Both the position numbers and the translations under genes were made by a program. From Octopus vulgaris (taxonomy: Eukaryota): a stretch of DNA of 64,000 nucleotides. The notes under the pieces are model-generated. The model ran no database searches, was not told the DNA's origin, and worked only from the letters and a program-made list of their open reading frames with translations. How positions within the stretch are numbered: the first letter of the stretch is position 1; the number at the start of each line of letters is the position of its first letter. The stretch is from the NCBI GenBank assembly GCA_951406725.2, contig OX597814.1:160952001-161016000 (forward strand), written 5' to 3'. Positions 12,701 through 24,700 of the stretch are shown in pieces.

Positions 12701-15700
12701 AATACATAAAATATTAAAATTTTTTTTTTATGCACTTCCTAATAATATTTAATTATAAAAATATAATAGAATTTGGGTAAAATAGGAATCAAAGGGATCC
12801 ATAGGTAAAAAAAAAAAAGGGGTTGAGAAACACTGAGTTAATGTTTTAATGTGAACTTTTAAAACTTAAATGTTGATTGCCTAATAATTTAGAAAGGTAA
12901 TTGATAATAATTGTGAAAGTGCTCTTTTAAACATCTCCATTTCTGCCAATTTGCCATTTATTCTTGCTATGGTTTCTCTTTAAAGACTATCTCTGAAAAT
13001 GGTCTCATTCCATTTCACCCATTTACACTATTACTTTTGGTTTATTCACTAAAGAAAATATACTTACTATTTACCGTTATCATATTCTGTGCTTGGGGAG
13101 ACCTATTGAGTCAAGTACATAAACATCAAAATTAAAATCAAATGGAAATTGTAGTTGTGATACCCGTGCTGGTGGCACCTAAAAAACACCATCCAAATGT
13201 GGCTGATGCTAGCGCTGCCTTGACTGGTGTCCGTGCCGGTGGCACGTTAAAAGCACCAACCGATCATGGCCGATGCCAGACTCCCCTGGCACGTAAAAAG
13301 CACCCACTACACTCGTGGACTGGTTGGCGTTAGTAAGGGCATCCAGCTGTAGAAACACTGCCAGATCAGACTGGATCCTGGCTTCCCAGACCCCAGTCAA
13401 ACTGTCCAACCCATGCTAGCATGGAAAACAGATGTTAAACAATGCTGATGATATTTGGGGGAAAATATTTTTCAGTTGAAGATTAAAATAGCTAATCCGT
13501 TTCAGTAATAATATTGGTGTAATATTTTCTTTTAAGAAAATATATTTACTGTTCAGAATTATCATAATTAGAAAATTTGTGAATGCATGTGGTTAAAGTA
13601 TTCAGCTCACAATCATAAGATTGTGAGTTCAATTCCTGGTGGCATGTTTTGTCCTTGAGCAAGATGCTTTATTTCACATTGCTCCAGTCCACTCAGCTTG
13701 CAAAAGTGAGTTGTATCTGTAATTCAGAGGGCCAACCATGTCACACTCTGTGTTATGCTGAATCTTCCTGAGAACAATGTGAAAGGTATGCACATCTGTG
13801 GAGTGCTCAGCCACTTGCATTTTAATTTTCTGAGCAGGCTGTTCTATTGATCAGATCAACAGGAGCCCTTGTCATCATAATCAATGGAATGCCAGTTTTT
13901 TGCTTTTTTATTTTATTTGGAAAATTCAAATTGTACAACTGTTAATAATAATTTTCATTTAAAGATCTAAACCAAACATTAAAATCTCTGATCAGTTCAA
14001 TAATAATAATAATAATAATAATAATGTAATACACTTTAAATGTTCTTCCTTTAATGTTATTGTTTATAGTTAAGTGATTGGTATTGTTTGACTTCTTCTG
14101 TATATTCTTTGTTTTCTTTCCCATTTCAAAAAAAAAAAAAAATTTGATAATTTAGGACACAGAAACTAGTGTTTTGCAACATCAGTTAGAAAATTTGCTT
14201 GAGCTAGCACTCCGTATGCAAGATGGCTTTGAACGTTCATGTGAACGACAAGCTGACCAGGCAGCTCTCGAATCAGCACTTGCTGCATTTGCAGAGATTG
14301 ACAGAATTCGTTCAGAGAAGCAATATTCTACCGATCTGGAGTCATCTGAAGACCAAGAGTCTTTTGTTTCAGCAACTGACGTGAGTTTTGTTTCAGTATC
14401 TTTACACATCTCATAATCATTTAAGATAATAATTAACTTATTGTATAGTGTTCAGGTGCACTACAACCCATGAACAGTGAAAAGGTCTTAAGGTGAAAAA
14501 TAGATATTTTTTTTCCTTTCATATTAATAGTTTCCCCTTACACACCAAAACAACATTTAAATTCATGTGCTAGTGGAGCGCTAAAGGTACCATATGAGTA
14601 AGATCGTTGCCAGAGCAACAAGCTGGCCTCCATGCCGATGGCACGTTAAAAACACCATTCGAGTGTGATCATTACCTGCATTACCTTACTAGCACTTGTG
14701 CTGGTGGCACGTGAAAAAACATTCGAGCGAGGTCATTGCCAGTGCCACTGGACTGGCTCCTGTGCAGGTGGAATGTAAAAAGCACCATTTGAGCATGGCC
14801 ATTGCCAGTACCACCTGACTGCCCTCGTGCCGGTGGCATGTAAAAGCACCCACTACACTCTTGGAGTGTTTGGCATTAGGAAGGGTATCCAGCTGTAGAA
14901 ACTCTGCCAGATCAGATTGGAGTCTGGTTCGCCAGACCTCAATCAAGTCATCCAACCCATGCTAGCATGGAAAGTGGACGTTGAACAATGATGATGATAA
15001 GGGGTAAACTAGAGTTGGCCTTGTGTGGTTAGTCTTTTGTTTAAAGTGTTGAAATTTAATATCTGGAAATGTTTGAGTGTTGAATGTTATGATTTCAGAT
15101 GATAATAAGTAATCCTGTTTGTCTATTTGTTCTAATGACTAACCATTCTTAATTGTAATTATTGCAGATGGCTGACTTGACTGATGTTGACACTTATAGA
15201 GATTTATTCAAACGACTGCCCCTATATGAAGCAGCACTTCAAGAACACAAATACAATGGGATTGCCTATCGCACTATTCGGTAAGTAAGCATGTTCATTG
15301 GTTCACAGTGGAATTATGGGTTCACATTTCAAGACTGACATTGCATTGTATACATGAGTGAGACACTTTCCTTTCAATGCTTCAAATTAAAGAGGGAATG
15401 AATATCAGAAGTTGAGAAACACTAATGAATTGCCTCAACAACCTTAAAATTGTTAGAAGACAGAGTCAAGCTTTAAAACAGTTTATTGTTTTATTTTATT
15501 TTATTTTTTTTACTTATAATTTTAATTATTGATTGGTCTCTCTTTGATTCTTGTTGGCATGGCATTTATCTTTTTACAGAACGCATATGGTAGGTTGTTT
15601 GAAAGATGCTGAATTTCTTGCTAAACTGCACTGTCTTCGAGAAGGATTTAATGTAAGTATAGGGTTTTTAAAAAATTTCATTTGATGTCTTAGTAGGGAA

Positions 15701-18700
15701 TTGTATATGTCATTTAGAAAATGTAGTCATTAACTTCTATTACTAAATATTAAGCAAAATTGTAGCTGACAGGTAATTGTAGTCATGGCTGTGTGGTTAA
15801 GAAGTCCACTTCCCAACCATGTGGTTTCTGGTTCAGTCCTACTCCATGGCACCTTGGATAAGTGTCTTCTATGACCTCAGGTCAATCAAATCCTTGTGAG
15901 TGAATTTGATAGTTGGAAACTGAAAGATTCCCATTGTGTGTGTGTGTGTATTTCTTTGTCTTGACATTGTGTAACAGTAGTAAACAAGCATCACCATCAT
16001 ACAAGTTATGTCCTTCATTTCCAATCATCTGTAGGACATGTCCAACAATAAGGGCATTACTTTGTTTGGGAACAGGTGAGGGCTGACTACAGGAGGAGCA
16101 TCAAGCCATAGATTATCTTCCTCAGTGAATTCTGGCAACTCATGTAAGCATGAAAAAATGGATATTAAATCAATGATGATAATAATATAATGGAATTATT
16201 ATGTACAGTTCTCAGCTGCACTGTAGCTCATCAGAAAAAGTAACCAAAAAGGCGGTGAGCTGGCAGAAACGTTAGCACTCCAAGCGAAGTGCTTAGCAGT
16301 ATTTCGTCTGCCGTTACGTTCTAAGTTTAAATTCCGCCGAGGTCGACTTTGCCTTTCATCCTTTCAGGGTCAATAAAATTAAGTACCAGTTATGTACTGG
16401 GTCGATGTAGTCGACTTAATCCATTTGTCTGTCCTTCTTTGTCCCCTCTGTGTTTAGCCCCTTGTGGGCAATAAAGAAATAAGAAAACGTAACCAAAACT
16501 GCATAGAATATGCACAGGAAGTGAACAATGAGTAAGTCTTAAAAAAAAATGAGTGTTGGAAAGTATCAGGTTTATTATTGGTAAATTTCAGGAAGCATGG
16601 AAGTTTTGAAGGATGTAGTTTCTCAACTGCTAACAACTGATGCAGGTAGTTTATTCTATGCTTCAGCAATTCTGAGCAAGAAAAAATGTTTCTTAAAGTC
16701 ATCGGTGCTGTGTCATTTTTTGGTTTTATAAGCATGTTCATGAGTGTTAGACATGGAATTTGAAAAATTACCCAATGTTGTTGTTGGAAAGATGTTGGAT
16801 AATTTTGTTGGTGTCTACTAAGTCAATTGCCAAACAGATGAGAATGATGATGAGATAGCCAGAAGACCCTAAAAGCATATGTAAAAGCTTACTTTCAGAG
16901 AAAATTGAGTGTTTTGGTGGGGGTGTAGGATATTTTATTTTATCACTTACAATTCATTTATTTTTAAAATTAATGTATATATCTGAATTAGTGTTTTTAT
17001 CCAGTTGTATAGAATTAAGATAGTAAGAGAAACTGCTTTATGATTCAGATAAGCAAATAGAAATAAATGTTAATCTATGTTGTACTATCTATCACTTTGT
17101 ATTTAGAAATATTAAAAGTAGTTTGTGTCATTGTGTGTATACCTACGCATATGTACATATAGTTATATATATATATTGGTTCAATGTATTTAAATACTAG
17201 CTTAAAAATAATTATTGTATGTTTTTCATCATGCTAAATAAAAAAAATGTTTATGCATTTTTTTTTCAGATTGTTTTCAAAGACGTGGAAACTAGAAGAT
17301 GGTTACAAGAAATGGGATGTAACATAATAGCAGGATTGTTACAGAAAGCCGATAGGGTTAGTGTATATATCAGTCAGAAACTTATATTATAAACTAGCAT
17401 GTTTTCTTTGCTAGTAGTATGTCTGTATGTGTTAATTTTCATGTTGCCTGAAACCAATACAGAGTGGAAAAGGTTCCAAGTTTGGAAACAACTTCTTTAG
17501 TGCTGGTCACCTGGACTGCTCTGGTGCTTTCAGTAACAATAGGACAATAGAAAAGGCATCTGATTGTAAAATGCATGCTTAAGTTTGAGATAGTTGGGAA
17601 ATGTCTTTTAGACTCATTCCCTGTATTGAAGCAATAGATGGAAGTGCTATAATAATTACCTGTCTCCCTCTGACTGTCTTTTTCTCCCTTGCAAACAAAT
17701 CTAAGTCCCTAATATGAAAACGAAATTTTAAGAACTTGAATAAAATGGGCTTCATCATCATCATCATCATTCTGTAATGAAGCCATGGACTAGCAAATAC
17801 GAAGTCCTCTTCATATTTGCATCTAAAATTTTTCTTTTAATTACAGGATACTGAAGAGTTCTACCAGGCTTATCAAGATATGATGGACTACATCAATGAT
17901 GATAGCCATCGGTTACAGATGGAGGAAGAACTTAGAGAAAAAGGAGTGAGTGCAAACATTGATTCTAACTTATGTAATTTCATTCTTATGTATGTCACAT
18001 CTTATGTACCTCAATTATATTTTCACTAAAATAATCCATTCATCTAGATAATTTTTATTTTCAATGTGTTTGGTGAGATGGATGTGGTCAGTGTTCTTGA
18101 AAAGCTGGAAGTTGATGATTGGAATTCCCAAATATTACATATTTTTCCTGCAGTGATCCCATGTCCTAGGACGAAGGACTGAGTATAGTAGTTAGTACAG
18201 TCTGGAGTAGTGGATACAGTGACAGTGATAAAAGGAGGAAAGATAAGTGACTCAATATCTGAATGAAGGTAGCATGAGACAAACCATTTCTGAGGAGACA
18301 GCATATCTGTGCAGAAGCTGGAATGTTGTTAGTTTCCCTAAAACATCAGCTGTTTTTAATTTTTACTTGACTCTCCACAATCAAAAGTATCCATTAATGA
18401 AAGTATTACAAGGGAAAAGGTGGGAATTGTGATGTATTTCTTTCTAATGTAAATTATTCAAGCACAAAACTGTGAGTTTCCTAAGTACACAACATAATTA
18501 CTTTACTGATGTACTAATTCTAACTAATACAATATTCAATTACTAGATCTATTTTGATAAAATAATTTGTAGCTATTTGAATATTGAGATTATGTATGAG
18601 AGAATTAATTTTGACAATTTAACCCTTTCGTTACCAAACCGCCCAAAGCCACCCGAAAAAAATTTTGGTTAATGTGACCAAGACGCCCAAACCCGCCCGA

Positions 18701-21700
18701 AAAAATTTTGGTTAATGTGACCAAGCCGCCCAAACCCGCCCGTATTTACCTATTCATATTTAAATGAGAATATCAGAGCAAATCTCTTTAGTACATTTGT
18801 GAAAACAAGTGATTATACTTCGTAAACAGTTCATCTACAGTTTTGTACAACGATCGAAGTGTAATTTTAATTCCGTGAATTTTGGGAGATTTTTTTCCGA
18901 AATTTGTTCCTATTGTGTTTTCAAAATTTGTAATTCTGACAAAAAAATGGATATGAATTTCATTATATCAAGCAGCGAGTCAGAATTCAAAGGATTTTCT
19001 ACTGAAGACCTTGATAAATCTAACTCTATGACTGAAAAAAAAAAAAGCACGTGGTATTTGATAATGAATCTGATGTTTCATTTTCCGAAAGTGAAAACAG
19101 TGAATCCGAGAGCTCCGACAGCGATAAAGAAAATGAATTGGCACCTGAATGGAGTGAAAATTTAAAAACTGTTTCTTTCGGTGATTTTTCTGAAGAAACT
19201 GGACCAAGCCACAGACTTTCCCAGGAGAGTAAAGCCTTAGACTATTTCTTTTTACTTTTTCGAATGAGCCTATTTGAAATCATTACGGCGGAAACGAACC
19301 GTTATGCTAAATGTAAACAAAGTGAAAGAAAGGATAGTTAGTGGTTTCCCACAACCTTAAATGAAATTAAGACTATTTTGCCATAAATATTATTATGGGT
19401 ATCAGAAAGTTACCCAGAATAACAAATTCTATCGTAAAATTTTGTTGTATACCCAATTGAATATTAGCTAATAACCCATTTTCTATAGTGATGTTTGAAC
19501 AAAATTTTAATAATTTTATATTTTGTTGAATTTACCTGTATCTACCTGCAATTAGAGTCACTTAGTGACAAAAATTATAGTATAGAATTGGTTGAGAACA
19601 TTTCATTAAATTATCTTCCAAAAATCACATTAATATATTGATAAATAAAAAGTTATAGTTGTTTAATGAAACCAGACTAAATTTATGATTATGTTAGAAA
19701 TTAATTGAAACACATAAGGGGTGTATTTTGGTCAGAAATATAGTAACGAAAGGGTTAAAAGAGAAATGCAGGGAATGATGTTGAAGTTGCTGATCTAGTT
19801 AAACTTATTGCAACAGTAAAGAATTTTGGTGCTGCTGAGTGGATGGGAAAAGTATGCAAGATTCAACCAGAATTACTTAGACAGTGTAAAATCTACAATG
19901 AAATATCTTTGCTGCTACTCTCATTAATTACATATAAAAACATCAGAATTTGATCCAAGATTTATTTCTAATAAGCATAAAGCCATTTTTTTTTCCATAA
20001 GTAAGGATTTACATTCCTTTCCAGTTGAATTAGAAAACTGTTCAAGATATATGAGGAAACCCTGTTTTATCCAGCATAGAAAGCTGAATATCAAAAGTAT
20101 GATGATGAAACTAACCAAGTATATCTTCTTTTTGAATATTCTACAATAAAACAGATATAAACAGTTTTCTGGTGTATTCTCTCTTCACTAATTACACATC
20201 ATGGGTGTTCTAATGTTTCCTCTCTACAATAAGACGGTGGTGTACATATGGACAGTCATCATTGCTATTCTAGCCCATCCTCTCCAGTAAGACCACCATC
20301 ATTGCTGTTCTAGCCCATCCTCTCTCCACTAAGACAGCCATCTTTGCTGTTCCAATTTATCCTCTCTTCAGTAAGACCACCATCATTGCTGTTCTAGTCT
20401 ATCCTCTCTCCACTAAGATAGCCATCATTGCTGTTCTAATTTATCCTCTCTTCAGTAAGACCACCATCATTGCTGTTCTAGCCCATCCTCTCTCCACTAA
20501 GATAGCCATCATTGCTGTTCCAATTTATCCTCTCTTCAGTAAGACCACCATCATTGCTGTTCTAGCCCATCCTCTCTCCACTAATACAGCCATCATTGCT
20601 TTTCCAATTTATCCTCTCTTCAGTAAGACCACCATCATTGCTGTTCTAGTCTATCCTCTCTCCACTAAGATAGCCATCATTGCTGTTCCAATTTATCCTC
20701 TCTTCAGTAAGACCACCATCATTGCTGTTCCAGTGTATCCTCTCCACAAGACAGTCATCAATGGTGTTGTAACAAATAAGTTATACTGAATTCATACCAC
20801 ACTTAATGTGTACAGTATTTTTAAAAATAACTTTGGCCTCTGTGATTATTGTTTTACAAAATGTTATATCAATTGTGCTTTTCAGGTGAAAAAATGTACT
20901 TTCTATGATGTGTTCTTAGACTTTATACTGCTGGATGCATTTGATGATTTAGAGAATCCCCCGAAATCTGTGGTTGCTGTGGTCCAAAACCAGTGGTTAT
21001 CTAATGGATTTAAAGAAACTGTAAGACTATTAATGTATCATTTTCATTACATCTTTTATTTATTCTTCATTAATTATTGCGTGTCATGTATGATGACAGA
21101 CACACCACATAACCTGTTCCATAATTGGTGTCCTAAGTTTATTGGCAATTTCAGCACCAATGTTGTTCATAAGGATCTTGGCTAAGCTTGATGGATGCTT
21201 ACAGCTCATTTGCTCATGGAACTGGTAAGCAACTCTGGATGTTGCTGACAGTGTTTGACAGATTACATCTATCCTCTCTTGCTGTCTTGTTAGTCAGCTG
21301 GAAGAGGTCACCATACAATTGCTCATGGGTCATTTTCTGTATTTAGCTGATGTAGAAGTCCATTCAGAACATCTAAATGTAGCAGCTATCAGTGGACTTT
21401 ACCACACACTTAGGATCTCCTTTCTCTTTGATGATGGAGAATTTTACATAAATAGAGTTAATAAAATTGTAGCTTATTTAGTTGATTTTATAATTTATTC
21501 TAAAAATGACCTAAGAATATGAATAATCAAATAACTGTGAATTAGTATATTTAAAAAAATTTTTCTGATGTATACACTATATTGCTTTTAGCTTATATAA
21601 GTATTGTTTTATTGCTTAATTATGTATATTGGAAGGTGAGAAGTTAGTAGAATCGTTAGTATAGTGGGTAAAATGCTTAGCAGTATTTCATCAATCTTAA

Positions 21701-24700
21701 CATTCTGAGTTCAAATTCTGCTGAGATCAACTTTGCCTTTCATCCTTTTGTGGTCAACAAGTACCAGTGAAACACAGGTTAATTTACTCAACTTATCCCC
21801 TCCCCCCAAATTGCTAACCTTCTGCCAAAATTTGAAATCAGTTATGTAAATTAGTTTATTTCATTTAGTATAAAGAACAATATTTTTCAATGTTTGATAG
21901 CTTATTTAAAGCATTATGTGAGATTGCTGTTACTTATTTGAGGGCAAATAGATCTTTATTTATTGGAATTGAATATCTGTTTTACAAAATGAAATTAGTC
22001 ATAGCAGTTTTGTTTGTTAAGCTTCCCCAGGTCACGTCTGATTGAGTAGATCTGTGATCAAATGTGTTCCTGTTGTGATTATTCCATTGTTTTGTACATC
22101 TAGGGCTACATTGTCTAATGGAGTTTTTTTTTTTTTTTCATTATCATTTTCAACTCTTACTGTGGAAATCAGATATATCCACTCAAAATTTCATTATTCA
22201 TAAATGGAGATTGCAGCTGTGATACCAGTGCCGGTGGCACGTAAGAGAACCATCAGAACATGGCCGTTGCCAGCGCCGCCCCAACTGGCCTCGTGCCGGT
22301 GGCACATAAAAAGCACCCACTACACTCATGAAGTGGTTGGTGTTAAGAAGGGCATCCAGCCGTAGAAACATTGCCAGATCAGAGTGGGCCTGGTGCAGCC
22401 TTCTGGCTTCCCAGACCCCAGTTGAACCGTCCAACCCATGCTAGCATGGAAAGCGGATGCTAAACAATGATGATGATGATGATGTGGAATGCAGTTATGA
22501 GTAATTTATCTTTTGTTGAGGATTGTCACGTTTGAAACTATTTTTTGTCAAGATATGTCAAGTTTACTGGGCCAACATCATCGTCATCATTATTTAACAT
22601 CTGTTTTCCATGCTGGCCATGAGTTAGATAGTGTGACTGGCACTAGTAAGCCGGAGAGCTGCACCAAGTTCCAGCCTGATTTTAACTTGGTTTCTATGGC
22701 TGGATGCCCATCCTAATGCCAACCATTCCGAGAGTGTAGTGGGTGCCTTTTACATGTCACTGGCATAGATGCATTCATGTGTTACTGGCACATATGCTAT
22801 TATGTTTGCAGTAAATACTTATTCTAGTTTTCAGTAAATATTTTACATTATTGCTGGAATAATCACAAAACTTAATTCCGCAGTTAAAGGGTTTGAGGAA
22901 ATTTGGCTGCTATTTCTAGTAGGTTGAGTCACTGAAAAGAGACTCCTCATGTGTAGTATTAGCAATTTTTAGTTGTTTCTTCAAGTTTTAAACCAAATAT
23001 TTAAATCTTGTTCTGCTGAATTTATTCAACCCTGGTTGGTGTAAATTTAACTATTAGAATGTTAAGGCATTTAAAAGGTTTTGCATGTTATTTAAAAATC
23101 CCTATGTACAGCAATGTGATTCTGCTCTAATTTGTTTCACTAACAAGAAAGAATTGCAGAAATCAGTTCACTATCTCAACAACGAGGTATTAATTACTAT
23201 TTTACTAATAAAAAAATTGCTCTCTGTTAATTGAGAATGGCATATTCTGAATAATATATTTTTTTCTTCAATATTATTTTATAATCTGTTGTGTCTGGGG
23301 GGAGTCATTTTCTTTTTGTGCCTTATAACACACTCACCGGTAAAATTTCCACTTTTTTCTTATTTTTATTTTCCTAAAATTTTCGTTGCATCTTGCAACC
23401 TTTACAATAGTCAAAACTATTGAAAAGGTTGCAAGACACAGTGGAAATTTTACCTGTGAGTGTGCTATATTATAAGGCACAAAGAGAAAATGACTCTCCC
23501 CAGACACAACAGAATATGCTTCAACACACAAACTCATATAAAGAATCTTGAAAACCAAATCCAAAATCAAAATATTATTTTATGACTTCTCATCCTTTGT
23601 AATGTATTTGCTGTTTCCCAGGCACTGTCTACAGCTGTGTGGTCAGTTTTGAAAGCTAAAAGAAGAATGCTCAAGGTAAATAAACCGAGATGTTTCATCT
23701 GTAACTATCTAAGACAGTTTACATCTTTTTTCTGTGCCATTAGTCAGAACATTATTACATTTTAAATTGTTTAGTGATTAAAATGTCAGTAGCTTGATAA
23801 AGTGTTACAAATCTATACAATGTATTTTCTTTGCTTATTTTTACCCAGTTAAAACAAAAAAAAAAACCCTCTTAGTTTGAATTACAAAATTTAAAAAAAA
23901 AATCTTCAATATCAGCAAAGGAAACTGCATTATAATGTTCTTTTATTTGCTGAGTGTATAAGAAAGGTCTGTGCTCATAATCTTCGCAGGCTGTCTGAGA
24001 CCAATGACATTGGTACCATTAATGTTCTATGAAGAATTTAAAAACACTGTCAAATAAAATGTTTTCAAATTATGTAAATCTAACATTATTACATACTGAC
24101 TATTTATTGAATAGATTACTAAGATTTTTTTTTAAGGATATTTTTCAGATTATAAACGTTTCTTTTTCAGTTCCCACATGGTTTTATATCTTACTTTTAT
24201 TCCATCTCTGAACTAATTACTCCAGTTCTTGTATGGGGTTTGCTTGGCCCACAATCCAATTTAAAAACTATTTGCTGTGCATTTAAGGTAAGTCAATAAC
24301 TATATCTACTTAACCTCAATAAGTAAAAACATCATCTTCATTGTTTAATGTCCACTTTTCATGCTGGCATGGGTTGGACGGTTTGACAAGAGCTGACCAG
24401 ATCCAATTGTCTGTTCTGGCATGATTTCTATGGCTGAATGCCCTTCTTAACACCAACCACTTTCCAGAGTGTGCCAGGTACTTTTACATGGCACCAGCAC
24501 TTGCAAGCCAAAAATCCTCTTGGCTGAGAGAGGGAGTTGGGGCATGGCCATAAAGGACATGTCTGTATGTATTGACGGCCATGATTTTACTTAGCTTTAC
24601 ATGTCCTCTCAAGTACAGCAAATTGCCAGAAGTCTCAGTCACTTGTTATCTCTTCAGTAAGACCAAATTAGTCTACTGGTCCATAGACTTGTTATAGGCA

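Noticed and set aside
20251-20760. CRISPR-like look of regularly spaced repeats, or a repeat-protein CDS
   Set aside because: No unique spacers or cas genes, eukaryotic intron; the open frame has no start codon or convincing splice sites
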